A stretch of 53,421 nt of DNA from an uncultured Flavobacteriales bacterium (GCA_964489175.1 CAZAYA010000003.1:1-53421), one strand, 5' to 3'. Shown: positions 1 through 8,637, counted from the stretch's first letter. The notes: generated by a model from the sequence alone, not told the origin. Numbers and translations are program-made.

Positions 1-4
1 TTTA

Positions 5-79
5 TGGTCGGGGCGACTGGATTTGAACCAGCGACCACTTGAACCCCATTCAAGTGCGCTACCAGCCGGAGACGCCCAT
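5..79 (-). tRNA. tRNA-Pro(GGG)-like sequence, probably pseudo or truncated because the 5' acceptor strand and D-stem do not pair
   Basis: The reverse complement reads GCGC A CTTGA ATGGGGT TCAAG TGGTC GCTGG TTCAAAT CCAGT CGCCCCG A CCA. That gives a canonical anticodon arm (U33, anticodon GGG, G37), a 5-nt variable loop, a T-arm with a TTCAAAT loop, a Pro-type C1:G72 acceptor 3' strand, A73 and an encoded CCA. The 5' 20 nt (ATGGGCG TC TCCG GCTGGTA) pair only 5/7 in the acceptor stem and 1/4 in the D-stem. Confidence 0.55.
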
Positions 80-111
80 CGCAGTAGAGAGTCAGAGACA
101 GAGATTACAAC

Positions 112-132
112 TTTCGGGACAAATTTCGGGAC
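112..132. repeat. 9-bp tandem direct repeat TTTCGGGAC-aaa-TTTCGGGAC, function unknown
   Basis: Exact copies at 112-120 and 124-132, read directly from the sequence. They lie between the tRNA-like element and the hairpin at 151-183. Confidence 0.9.
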
Positions 133-150
133 TGAGTCGATTACCAAGCT

Positions 151-183
151 CTCGGAGCGTTAAGCTCCGGGGGCTTTTTTATT
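151..183. terminator. Intrinsic-terminator-like hairpin; the T-tract is on the plus strand, and it also lies 23 nt beyond the stop of the minus-strand ORF 206..1390
   Basis: The 8-bp stem is CTCGGAGC/GCTCCGGG (one T:G wobble) with a GTTAA loop, followed by GGC-TTTTTT-ATT on the plus strand. On the minus strand the hairpin is preceded by an A-run and followed by non-T-rich sequence. Confidence 0.45.
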
Positions 184-205
184 GGCTGAACAGGACCGAA
201 CACGA

Positions 206-1390
206 TCAACGGCGAAGCCGGTATTCCAATCCGACCCCGACCCCCCAGGTAAGGTTGCGGGTCCGGTTGAAAGTCCCCGGCAATTCATCCGTTCCTTTAT
301 AGATGTTCATCATCCCCGAGGTAGCGCGCACTCCACCGAAAAGGTCCAGTTGGGGAGTAATGGCATGGCTGTATTGCAAGCCAAGCTCCACTCCTACATC
401 ATGCCGGCTGTACTCATCCATGAGAGAGCGGGACGCTTCCCCGATCTCCTGAGTAGCATTACGGAGAAAACCATAATAAACCCCGGCGACAAGATCGATA
501 CCGTGACGGGTGCTACCCAGAGTTATTGGGGACCGACGCTGGTAAAGAACGGACAAACGAGTATACCCCAGACGGGTCTTTTCCTTGAGGGGATTTCCTT
601 CGCTCTCTTTCCAATAGGTCTGTTCTGTCCGGTCCAGAACGGTAAGTTCGGCCCGGATGCTTTGCCTTCTGTTCAAGCGATACCGGACGAATCCCCCGAT
701 ATCGGTGGTTACCCCGGCCCGGGTATGAATGGATGCTCCAGGGTCGAAACTTTCATAAGCTCTGTTGTCGAGCAAGCGGGTTTGTTTGATCTTCACCAGG
801 GGACCGAAGGATAATGAGGCATAACGCTTGCTCTCCTTTCCAACCACGTGCTCTTCCAAACCATCAAAGGCCCGGTCCCCTATATCCCCTTTCGGCGATC
901 CGGCTGCTAATTGCCGGGTCTTCATAACAGGCATTTTGTTCAGATGCGGATCAGTTGGTTGAACATTTTCTCTTGTTTCTTCCTGGTTTACAGTCATCTG
1001 ATATTCCTCACGAGTCCTCCCATTTTTCTGTTCTTGCCGGGCCTCGCTTTTTTTGTCCCCCCACTGTTCCATGTCCCAGGAAGCGGTCATTTTCCCGTCA
1101 GGCCCTGCTTCCTGGTTCCCCGGTACCAAAGAAGAGACTTCACCAGTTCCACGGACCTCCGTCATCTCACGGCCGGGAGTATCCTCGCTCTCCGGGAGGA
1201 ACATCCACGAAGCCAATACCCCTAATACTAAGAAGGCCATTGATCCTCTTGTCAGGATCCATTTTCTTCGTTTTCTGGACCGCTCCCTTTCCATCCTCTC
1301 GAAAACCTGCTGCCCCACTTCAGGGGGAGGGGTTTCCCTGAGCGAATTGAAGAGATCCCTGTAGAGATCGGTATATCGCTGTCCCTTCAT
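206..1390 (-). CDS. Membrane protein with an anti-sigma-like cytoplasmic N-terminus, one TM helix, a charged linker and a C-terminal outer-membrane beta-barrel (OMP_b-brl_2/PorT-like) domain
   Basis: 394-aa ORF whose ATG lies 2 nt after the ECF sigma stop. About 50 N-terminal residues precede a hydrophobic helix (SMAFLVLGVLASWMFL). An E/K/P/T/Q-rich low-complexity stretch follows. The last ~190 aa show an alternating beta-strand pattern ending GVGVGLEYRLRR. Confidence 0.8.
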   Translation of the reverse strand: MKGQRYTDLYRDLFNSLRETPPPEVGQQVFERMERERSRKRRKWILTRGSMAFLVLGVLASWMFLPESEDTPGREMTEVRGTGEVSSLVPGNQEAGPDGKMTASWDMEQWGDKKSEARQEQKNGRTREEYQMTVNQEETRENVQPTDPHLNKMPVMKTRQLAAGSPKGDIGDRAFDGLEEHVVGKESKRYASLSFGPLVKIKQTRLLDNRAYESFDPGASIHTRAGVTTDIGGFVRYRLNRRQSIRAELTVLDRTEQTYWKESEGNPLKEKTRLGYTRLSVLYQRRSPITLGSTRHGIDLVAGVYYGFLRNATQEIGEASRSLMDEYSRHDVGVELGLQYSHAITPQLDLFGGVRATSGMMNIYKGTDELPGTFNRTRNLTWGVGVGLEYRLRR

Positions 1391-1392
1391 GA

Positions 1393-1989
1393 TCAGATAA
1401 CCGCTAGCAAGCGTTCCTTCAAACGACTGCCGAACTTCTTACGCAATAATCGCTTGGCCCGGCAATACTGAGATTTGGAGGTCTGAACGGAAATACCGAG
1501 ACGTTGAGCGATCTCTTGATGCTGATACCCTTCAACAAGGTAGAGATTAAGGACCATGCGGTACCCGGAAGGAAGGCATTGGATCAGCTCCAGGAATTCT
1601 TTCTGTCCGAACCCCCCTCCAATGTCCACCTCTTCAGCCTCCTGATAATGGGAGTTGAGATGGACCTCATCCAGTTCCTGCGTTTCCTGCTGTCGTTTGT
1701 TGGCCCTGTAATGATCGATGTTGTTGTTGACGATCACCCGGCGGATCCACCCGCCCAAAGATCCATCCTCACTGCATTTATGAATGTTCCGGAAAACCTT
1801 GATGAAACCTTCCTGGAGAAGGTCCTTGGCCTCTTCGTAACTGTCGGCATACCCCAGGCATACTCCGAACATGGCCCCGGAGTATTTTTCATATAACCGC
1901 TTCTCGGCTACAGCCTTCCCTTTCTTGCAACCTTCAAGCAAGGCCTTTTCTTCTTCTTTTTCCCGGACAGTATGAAGATCAGCACTCAA
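1393..1989 (-). CDS. ECF-type sigma-70 family RNA polymerase sigma factor
   Basis: 198 aa with a TTG start. The region-2-like segment is DLLQEGFIKVFRNI...GWIRRVIVNNNIDHYR. The region-4 HTH is GYQHQEIAQRLGISVQTSKSQYCRAKRLLRKK. Confidence 0.9.
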   Translation of the reverse strand: MSADLHTVREKEEEKALLEGCKKGKAVAEKRLYEKYSGAMFGVCLGYADSYEEAKDLLQEGFIKVFRNIHKCSEDGSLGGWIRRVIVNNNIDHYRANKRQQETQELDEVHLNSHYQEAEEVDIGGGFGQKEFLELIQCLPSGYRMVLNLYLVEGYQHQEIAQRLGISVQTSKSQYCRAKRLLRKKFGSRLKERLLAVI

Positions 1990-2032
1990 TTCAAGTAGAA
2001 TTTCAAAAGGTTACAAGATCGCTTTCACCAAT

Positions 2033-2060
2033 TTACGAAAAGTTATCAGGAAAAGTTTCC
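2033..2060 (-). promoter_or_regulatory. Putative ECF-type (sigW-like) promoter upstream of the sigma gene
   Basis: The minus strand reads GGAAAC-N17-CGTAA, about 43 nt upstream of the TTG start. This resembles the GAAC/GAAAC-N16-17-CGT consensus of autoregulated ECF promoters. Confidence 0.35.
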
Positions 2061-2294
2061 TCCCCTCTGAAGCGAAAAAGACCTGACCTAAGCAGGGTCA
2101 AGTGACCCAGAATACCTCGGAAAGTTTTCCACGATCCAGAAAGATCTTATTGGTAGAACGATCCAGGTTCAGCCCCGGTTGTCTCGAGAAAAGGAGGCTA
2201 ACAAACGAGGGGCAAAGGTGGGTGAAGGACTTCGGAAGCTATAGGTGAACCACCGGGATACCCTTGAAAAACAATTCCAGGCATCCACCCCTGA

Positions 2295-3734
2295 TCACCC
2301 CTCTTCTCCCTCAAAGAAACGCGGATGGAAATTGACCAGGTACAACTTCTCGGTCGCCCGTGTTAAAGCCGTATACAACCAACGCAGGTACTCGTCATCG
2401 ATCATTTCTTCCGTCAGGTACCCCTGATCTACATAGACCACCGGCCATTGTCCTCCCTGGGCTTTGTGACAAGTCACCGCATAGGAGAATTTGATCTGCA
2501 ACGCATTGAAGTACGGGTTCTCCATGATCTTACGGTGTTTTTTCCGCCGGTCCGGTTCTTCATGATCATCTGCCACGGCATAATAGAGCTCTTTCATCCT
2601 GGTCCTGGGCAATGAAGGCGCTTCGATCATCAGGGTGTCCAGCATTACGATGGTTTCGAATTCCGGTTCATCAGGATGATCCACCAACTGCACCAGCACT
2701 TCGGCAAAACGGAAACCGTAAAGATCGATCCGCCGGAGGATCTTCTGGACTTCCAGGATATCACCGTTCGCAATGAAATCAATGCGCTCGTCCTCTTTAC
2801 ACCAATAGTAATTGTTCCGTACCACCATCAGCAGGTCCCCCCCGTTAAGCTCCTCCTCCATCCACAGTATTCTGGCCCGGACCTGCTGGTTGAAAAGGTT
2901 GGCCCTTTTATTCGACCGGCAAACGATCATTGTATCAACAGCGCCATGATCGCCGTAAGCCGACTCCAATTCCTCCTGAAGCGTTTCCCCGGTCACCCTC
3001 ACCATGTCCTTGTGCCCGTTCAGATGAAAAAAAGGGGCTCCCTCCTCCGTGCCGATCCTCCGGCGAAGTGCTGTAGCATTGGCCAGAATACCGGAATCAA
3101 AAGCCTGCCTCAGGACTTCCTGTAATTGAACTTCTTCTATAGAGATCCGATAGTTCCTTTCCAGATACTGTGCATCAAGTGCAGGGCTGAACCCTTCATT
3201 GACAGGAGGCAACTGAGCATCATCCCCGATCAGGACAAGTTGACAACGCTCCCCGGAATGAACATGCTCAAGAAGGTCTTCCAGGAGATCCCTGTATTCG
3301 AAAGAAGAGGATGCCAGGCCGGACCTTCTGGGGATCATGGAAGCTTCATCCACGATGAAGACCGTATCCTTTTGTTCGTTCTTCAACAAGGCAAAATACT
3401 GGCGCTCATCCCTCCCTTTCTGCCGCCGATACAACTTCTTGTGCATGGTAAAAGCAGCTTTTCCGGAATACCCGCTCATGACCTTGGCAGCTCGTCCCGT
3501 AGGGGCCATCAGAACACTTCCTATTCCCACCCGGGCAAGGGCTTTGACAAAAGCACCTAACAGCGTGGTCTTCCCCGTTCCCGCATATCCCCTGATCAGC
3601 ACCACCCTGTCAGGTTGATGACGTTCCAATTCACCCAGCACAGCGATCGCTTGCTGTTGATCGGCAGTGGGAGCATGAGGGAATTCGTCGTGGATATGTT
3701 CCTGCAATGTGATCATCCGGATCCGATCCAGCAA
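2295..3734 (-). CDS. RecD/TraA-like superfamily-1 DNA helicase (AAA_30 plus UvrD_C_2 type)
   Basis: 479 aa with Walker A GYAGTGKTTLL, Walker B FIVDEASM, and the C-terminal motif AVTCHKAQGGQWPVVYVD typical of RecD-like helicases. The start is TTG at 3734, with an alternative ATG at 3716. Confidence 0.85.
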   Translation of the reverse strand: MLDRIRMITLQEHIHDEFPHAPTADQQQAIAVLGELERHQPDRVVLIRGYAGTGKTTLLGAFVKALARVGIGSVLMAPTGRAAKVMSGYSGKAAFTMHKKLYRRQKGRDERQYFALLKNEQKDTVFIVDEASMIPRRSGLASSSFEYRDLLEDLLEHVHSGERCQLVLIGDDAQLPPVNEGFSPALDAQYLERNYRISIEEVQLQEVLRQAFDSGILANATALRRRIGTEEGAPFFHLNGHKDMVRVTGETLQEELESAYGDHGAVDTMIVCRSNKRANLFNQQVRARILWMEEELNGGDLLMVVRNNYYWCKEDERIDFIANGDILEVQKILRRIDLYGFRFAEVLVQLVDHPDEPEFETIVMLDTLMIEAPSLPRTRMKELYYAVADDHEEPDRRKKHRKIMENPYFNALQIKFSYAVTCHKAQGGQWPVVYVDQGYLTEEMIDDEYLRWLYTALTRATEKLYLVNFHPRFFEGEEG

Positions 3735-3802
3735 GGCGTCGGACAGCTTGTTCTAAAGGAACAAAGTTGATCATTATAGACAGTACTGATGAGAAAAAAT
3801 AT

Positions 3803-3810
3803 TAGTTTTG
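3803..3810 (+). promoter_or_regulatory. Putative Bacteroidota -7 promoter box (TAnnTTTG)
   Basis: TAGTTTTG is an exact match 24 nt upstream of the ATG at 3835. It overlaps the GTG at 3808 used by the ORF track, which favours 3835 as the start. Confidence 0.4.
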
Positions 3811-3834
3811 TGGACCATCAAAGGATGGGCGTTC

Positions 3835-4608
3835 ATGAAATTCAGCGACATCACCAGGACCATTGAAACCGTCTTCTTTCCCGGCGGACTTGCTTTGTTG
3901 GCGGGTATCTTCCTCATGGTATTCTCCGTTTCCACAGGACAATCCAACCTTTTCACTCTGGGCTGTTCCGCCATTGCCTTTTTCGGGCTGATCGCGATCT
4001 TTTTCTCCCTGGGGCTCATCAATCGGATCGTCCAGGTTATTCTCTATGCAGTCTTTTTGATAGGGTCGGTAGGTGTTGCCTATCTGGACTACGATGTCAT
4101 CCGGGACGATCTGGTATTCCAGCGAAAAAAGAAGGCTTACCGGGACAAGGTGGTCCAAAGCCTCAAGGATATCCGGACCGCCGAACAAGCTTTCAAATCC
4201 CGGTATGAAAAATACACCGGTAACTGGGACACGCTCGTGAACTTCCTCAAAACAGACTCCATTGCTTATGTTCGAGAAGAAGGTACACGACCGGACACAC
4301 TGACCGAGGAAAAAGCCCTGGAGCTTGGTATCATCCGGAAAGATACTTTCTACACCAGCGTGGTTGATTCCCTCTTCCTTTCCCAAACTGCCCGGAAAAA
4401 AAGGATCTTCGAGTTCAAGGCCGATTCTTTGCCTTATGTTCCAGGAACCACTGAGGAATTCATCCTGAAAACTCGGGTCATCGATCGCTCAGGAGGTGTG
4501 AGGACACCGGTGTTCATGGCTAAGGACCCCTCCCCTTTTGCCCCCCCCGATACACTGAAGGTAGGCTCCCTTACCGAAGCTTCTGCCAGCGGAAACTGGG
4601 GAGATTAA
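3835..4608 (+). CDS. Hypothetical integral membrane protein (about 3 N-terminal TM helices plus a soluble C-terminal domain)
   Basis: The ORF is in the frame of 3808..4608. Hydrophobic segments include GLALLAGIFLMVFSV, AIAFFGLIAIFFSLGLI and VILYAVFLIGSVGVAYL. I recognise no family. Confidence 0.7.
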   Translation: MKFSDITRTIETVFFPGGLALLAGIFLMVFSVSTGQSNLFTLGCSAIAFFGLIAIFFSLGLINRIVQVILYAVFLIGSVGVAYLDYDVIRDDLVFQRKKKAYRDKVVQSLKDIRTAEQAFKSRYEKYTGNWDTLVNFLKTDSIAYVREEGTRPDTLTEEKALELGIIRKDTFYTSVVDSLFLSQTARKKRIFEFKADSLPYVPGTTEEFILKTRVIDRSGGVRTPVFMAKDPSPFAPPDTLKVGSLTEASASGNWGD

Positions 4609-4623
4609 CCCCTTTCTGTCATT

Positions 4624-5433
4624 GTGGCACTTTCGACCGATCATCTTTCTTTCCTGCTGAAAAAGGACCGGGCCCTCTTTGCTTCCCTTTCCCCGGAGAA
4701 AAAGTCCTTCAACAAGATCCGGGAACATCGCTTCGACCCTGAACCATCCATGAAAGAATACCCGGCAGCCCTCCGGGCATTGCTGAAAAATGAATGGGCC
4801 GACCTTCCGGGAACAAGAACGGTCAGCGCTGCCTATGCAGGTGAAGTGACCACACTTGTCCCTGCAGCACTGCATGAAGAAGAGTTGCGAAACCAACATA
4901 TCCATCTGAACTTCGGTTTCGACCCCGGGCCAGCTTCAGCAGCCGACCCGCTCCCCACCCCGGATTGTTTCAATATTTATCATCAACCCGAGCTTCTCCT
5001 CCAACCCCTCCGGGAGCACTTCCCCCAGATCCGTTGCCTGCACGACACGAGTGTTCTGACCGAAACCCTTGCCCGGCAACACAAATACGGAACAGCCCCC
5101 GTCCTCCACGGGAATTTCAGGGAAGATCACATGGATGTTCTGGCTTTCAGAGGCAAGGAACTGGTCTTCCACAACAATTTTCATGTCAGCACAGCAGAGG
5201 ATGCGGCTTATTTTCTCCTTTATACACGAGAAGAACTCGACATGCCCCCGGAAAGCACCCCACTCCGGATCACCGGGCGCACCCCCTGGAAATCCCTGCC
5301 TCCCCTGCTGGAAACCTACATCAGCCAGGTGAGTTACAATGAACTTCCCCCGGAGATCGCCTCCTGGAAGCTCCCGGCAGGCACCCACCCCCATGAGCAT
5401 TTCACCCTCCTCTGCCAGTACCTATGCGCGTGA
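4624..5433 (+). CDS. DUF3822-like protein
   Basis: 269 aa with a GTG start. The segment TTLVPAALHEEELRNQHIHLNFGF and the position immediately upstream of rsmD-coaD match, from memory, the DUF3822 family and its usual context in Bacteroidota. Confidence 0.6.
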   Translation: MALSTDHLSFLLKKDRALFASLSPEKKSFNKIREHRFDPEPSMKEYPAALRALLKNEWADLPGTRTVSAAYAGEVTTLVPAALHEEELRNQHIHLNFGFDPGPASAADPLPTPDCFNIYHQPELLLQPLREHFPQIRCLHDTSVLTETLARQHKYGTAPVLHGNFREDHMDVLAFRGKELVFHNNFHVSTAEDAAYFLLYTREELDMPPESTPLRITGRTPWKSLPPLLETYISQVSYNELPPEIASWKLPAGTHPHEHFTLLCQYLCA

Positions 5434-5957
5434 TCAGCGGAAAATTCGGCAAACGGCTCCTCCGGCCACCCCGGAAGATCGGAGCTCGTCCCACCCAAGA
5501 CCAGGTCAAGGAAGGGTTGTTCAACATCCTTCAACACAGCCGGGAACTGGATAACATCCGTGTCCTGGACCTCTTCGCCGGAACAGGAAGTGTTTCCTTC
5601 GAATTCGCATCCCGGGGAGCTTCTTCCGTAATAGCCGTGGACACGGACCCGGTGGCCGTTCAGTTCATAGAGCGGACAGCAGAGGCCCTTGGCGCAGAGG
5701 TGCATGTGATCAAGATGGATGTACTGCGGTATTTGAAAAAGGCCTCACCCCCCTTTAACGTGATCTTCGCAGATCCTCCCTACTCCTACCAGCAATACGA
5801 AGAACTGACCGACCTCATCCTTAAGCAAGGCCTTCTTGAGCCTTCCGGAACCCTGATCATAGAACACAGTAAAGAGAATACTCCCCCGGACCAGGAAACG
5901 CTCAAGGAAAGAAGGCAATATGGGAAGACCGTTCTGAGTTTCTACAGTGCATCCTGA
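5424..5957 (+). CDS. rsmD: 16S rRNA (guanine966-N2)-methyltransferase RsmD
   Basis: 177 aa. N-terminus MRVISGKFGKRLL...RPTQDQVKEGLFNIL, SAM motif DLFAGTGSVSFEFASRGA, and catalytic FADPPY. It overlaps the upstream stop by 10 nt. Confidence 0.92.
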   Translation: MRVISGKFGKRLLRPPRKIGARPTQDQVKEGLFNILQHSRELDNIRVLDLFAGTGSVSFEFASRGASSVIAVDTDPVAVQFIERTAEALGAEVHVIKMDVLRYLKKASPPFNVIFADPPYSYQQYEELTDLILKQGLLEPSGTLIIEHSKENTPPDQETLKERRQYGKTVLSFYSAS

Positions 5958-5998
5958 GGGATCCTTATCTTCGTTCAAAGCAACCGACCACGACCATC

Positions 5999-6472
5999 AT
6001 GAAAAGGATCGCTGTATTCCCGGGGTCTTTCGACCCGATCACCAAAGGCCATGAAACCGTCATCAAACGGGGCGCTCCTCTTTTCGATGAGCTTGTGGTG
6101 GCGATCGGGGTGAACGCGAACAAACAATACCTCTTCCCCCTTGAGCAGCGAAAAGAATGGCTGGAAGATGTGTTCCGCGAATACAACAACATCAAAGTGG
6201 ACACTTTTTCCGGCCTGACCGTGGAATACTGCCACTCCATCGGCGCCACTTACATTCTAAGAGGACTCCGCAACCCTAACGATTTCGAGTTCGAGCGGAA
6301 CATCGCTCAAATGAACCGGACCATGGCCCCGGACATCGAGACCGTTCTACTGGCCACCGACCCGGAACACACGCCTGTAAGTTCCACCATCGTAAGAGAT
6401 ATCATCCGGAACAACGGGGATCCTTCCCGGTTCGTCCCGGATGCCATCACTATCAAAGGACCACCCCAGTGA
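5999..6472 (+). CDS. coaD: Phosphopantetheine adenylyltransferase
   Basis: 157 aa. The sequence IAVFPGSFDPITKGHETVI carries the (T/H)xGH nucleotidyltransferase motif and the length is typical of CoaD. Confidence 0.95.
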   Translation: MKRIAVFPGSFDPITKGHETVIKRGAPLFDELVVAIGVNANKQYLFPLEQRKEWLEDVFREYNNIKVDTFSGLTVEYCHSIGATYILRGLRNPNDFEFERNIAQMNRTMAPDIETVLLATDPEHTPVSSTIVRDIIRNNGDPSRFVPDAITIKGPPQ

Positions 6473-8010
6473 ACTCGCTATCTCTTCCCCATATCATGGT
6501 GTCGGTATTCCTCTGCCTGTCCATTCTCCCCAGCCATGCCGAAAAGGCTTCTATCATCGGAGAAGCTCCGGAATACAAGGGGAAGGAAGCCCGGCTGATC
6601 ATATTCGAAGATTACCTGACCCGGCAGGAGGTGATACTGGATTCAGCCAAGGTATCGATCGACGGGAGTTTTGAACTGGAAACCGACCTGAGAAAGACCC
6701 GGGAAGCCCTGATCCGCATCGATGATATCAATGGCAAGATCTTCCTCCGTCCCGGCAGGGAGTATTCAATAGAATTCCCCCCTTTGCCGGAGGATCAAAC
6801 CCGGACCATCAACCGGACCAACAAAGTAGAGCTGATCTTCAAGGGCCTGGTCGAGGACGATCCCAATACCCTGATCATCGATCTGAACTTGCTGTACGAG
6901 CATTTTTTCGTGCAGAATTACAAGCTGATCGCCCGCCATAAAACGAATTCCGGCGGTGGTTACCGCCCCTCCGATATGGAAGATCTTCCCCCGGCGACTC
7001 CCCGGGACACTTCCTCCCACCGCAAACCTTCCGAAACCCGACCCCTGAAAACCCTGATCGATTCCTTCAAGACCAGGTTGGACAAGCGCTACAACGACGT
7101 CAGCGATCCTTACTTCAAAACCTACAAACAATACGTCTATGCTAAACTGGACGAGATGGTGATCAGGGACCAACAAGAGCTCTACGCCCGATATTTCAAA
7201 GAAAAGCCGGTCCAGTATCATCACCACGAATACATGGCCTATTTCCAAAGTTTCTACGAAGACCACATGCTCGACCTTTCTTTTCACCGGACCGATTTTC
7301 AGTTAGGGGTGTCGGTCAATGAGAAAAAAAGCCTGAGCATGCTCATGGACCAACTGAAAAAGGACGAATTCCTGGAAGATCAGCGGATACGGGAACTCGT
7401 AGCGATAGAAGGGCTGGCTCAACTTTACCATGACAAGCACTACGAACAAAAGAACGTGATGACCCTCCTGGACTCACTGGTCCTTATCACTCCCCATGAA
7501 GAAACCCGAATGATCGCCCGCAACGTGATCAGCTCCCTCACCCGGCTTACAAAAGGAAGCCGGGCTCCCTCCTTTTCCCTGCTGGATCAGGACACGGTCA
7601 TGGTAAGCCTGCAGGACCTGCTAATGGAAGACAAGCCGATCTATCTTAGCTTCTTCGCCACCTGGAACAAACAAAGCCGGACAGAACTCAGGATCATTCA
7701 GCGTTTTCAGAAAGACTACGGGGCCTCGGTCCGGTTCGTGAGCATATGCATCGATGAAAACCTGGGGGACATGATGAACTTTCTGGAGGAACATCCTGAT
7801 CATAACTGGACCTTCCTTCATCTGGGAGGGAAACGATCCGTAAGGGACGCCTACGGCGTATATTCCGTGCCCACTTTCTTTCTGATCGGAAAGAACGGGA
7901 AGTTGCGACGTGCTCCTGCCTTCAAACCAAGTGGGAAAGCGGAGAACGATCTGTACAAGATCCACAAGAAGAACGTGGGCAACGGCAAAGTGAAGGTATG
8001 GGATGAGTGA
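6469..8010 (+). CDS. Secreted TlpA/thioredoxin-fold protein lacking the CXXC active site, with a long N-terminal extension
   Basis: 513 aa with a GTG start overlapping the coaD stop (GTGA) and a signal-like MVSVFLCLSILPSHA. The C-terminal ~140 aa align with the TlpA/ResA pattern (APSFSLLDQD...IYLSFFATW NKQS ...VSIC.DE...YGVYSVPTFFLIGKNGKL), but WCxxC is replaced by WNKQS. Confidence 0.8.
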   Translation: MNSLSLPHIMVSVFLCLSILPSHAEKASIIGEAPEYKGKEARLIIFEDYLTRQEVILDSAKVSIDGSFELETDLRKTREALIRIDDINGKIFLRPGREYSIEFPPLPEDQTRTINRTNKVELIFKGLVEDDPNTLIIDLNLLYEHFFVQNYKLIARHKTNSGGGYRPSDMEDLPPATPRDTSSHRKPSETRPLKTLIDSFKTRLDKRYNDVSDPYFKTYKQYVYAKLDEMVIRDQQELYARYFKEKPVQYHHHEYMAYFQSFYEDHMLDLSFHRTDFQLGVSVNEKKSLSMLMDQLKKDEFLEDQRIRELVAIEGLAQLYHDKHYEQKNVMTLLDSLVLITPHEETRMIARNVISSLTRLTKGSRAPSFSLLDQDTVMVSLQDLLMEDKPIYLSFFATWNKQSRTELRIIQRFQKDYGASVRFVSICIDENLGDMMNFLEEHPDHNWTFLHLGGKRSVRDAYGVYSVPTFFLIGKNGKLRRAPAFKPSGKAENDLYKIHKKNVGNGKVKVWDE

Positions 8011-8637
8011 TCAGGGACTGCCGGTTTCCCCGACTTCCTTTTCGATAATGTTGAGAATGGAGCTGTAAGTGGCCGTGATCACCTTTTGAAGGTCGCCGGA
8101 AGCGATCCACTCCACCCGGGTAATGCCTTCTTTCGTTTCAGGGGTCAGCTCCTGATCTTCCGAAGCCCACATACGGAACCAATAAGTCCGTTTGAGGTGA
8201 TCCTGCCCATCCCTTTCATAGGTATGGTAGGTGTCTCCGATATATGCTGTCCGTTCTTCCAGGCGGATCCCACACTCCTCTTTCACTTCACGAAGCGCCG
8301 CTTCCTCCGGAGATTCTCCTTCCTCCATTTTTCCTTTGGGCAAGTCCCAGAGATGGTTCCGAAAAATGAACAGGATGTTCCCCTGGTCTCCTCTCACCAC
8401 TCCCCCTGCTGCTTCTACATGAACATACCCTTCGCAAAAAGCTCTCCAAAGCGCTTCTTCATCATGATGATAAATGTACAGAACCTGGTAGCTGGGATCA
8501 GCCCCGAAATCCCTGACGGTCTTTTTCAACTGATCAGAAGAGGAAAAGGAGGCGAAGGAAGCGGAAGGCTCAAGGTCAGGATTAACCTTGTGTTCCGTAA
8601 GGATGACGGCCTTATTGTAAACAAAAACTTTGTACAT
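8011..8637 (-). CDS. NUDIX hydrolase
   Basis: Nudix box GKMEEGESPEEAALREVKEECG. I prefer the ATG at 8637 (MYKVFVY...). The TTG at 8673 used by the ORF track sits inside the predicted -7 box and overlaps pyrE. Confidence 0.88.
   Translation of the reverse strand: MYKVFVYNKAVILTEHKVNPDLEPSASFASFSSSDQLKKTVRDFGADPSYQVLYIYHHDEEALWRAFCEGYVHVEAAGGVVRGDQGNILFIFRNHLWDLPKGKMEEGESPEEAALREVKEECGIRLEERTAYIGDTYHTYERDGQDHLKRTYWFRMWASEDQELTPETKEGITRVEWIASGDLQKVITATYSSILNIIEKEVGETGSP

Noticed and set aside
5-200. The possibility that the T-arm/acceptor-CCA at the window start is the 3' end of a tmRNA (ssrA).
   Set aside because: The acceptor 3' strand CGCCCCG would need a CGGGGCG 5' strand, so there is no G3:U70 alanine identity pair. 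An intact anticodon arm with GGG lies directly upstream. The coding ORF at 206 leaves no room for a ~350-nt tmRNA body.
182-1364. Plus-strand ORFs 182..814, 911..1225, 955..1341 and 1053..1364, lying opposite the sigma-partner gene.
   Set aside because: They overlap the minus-strand 394-aa ORF, which has coherent TM, linker and barrel architecture and operon coupling. The plus-strand translations are Pro/Ser/Gly-rich shadows.
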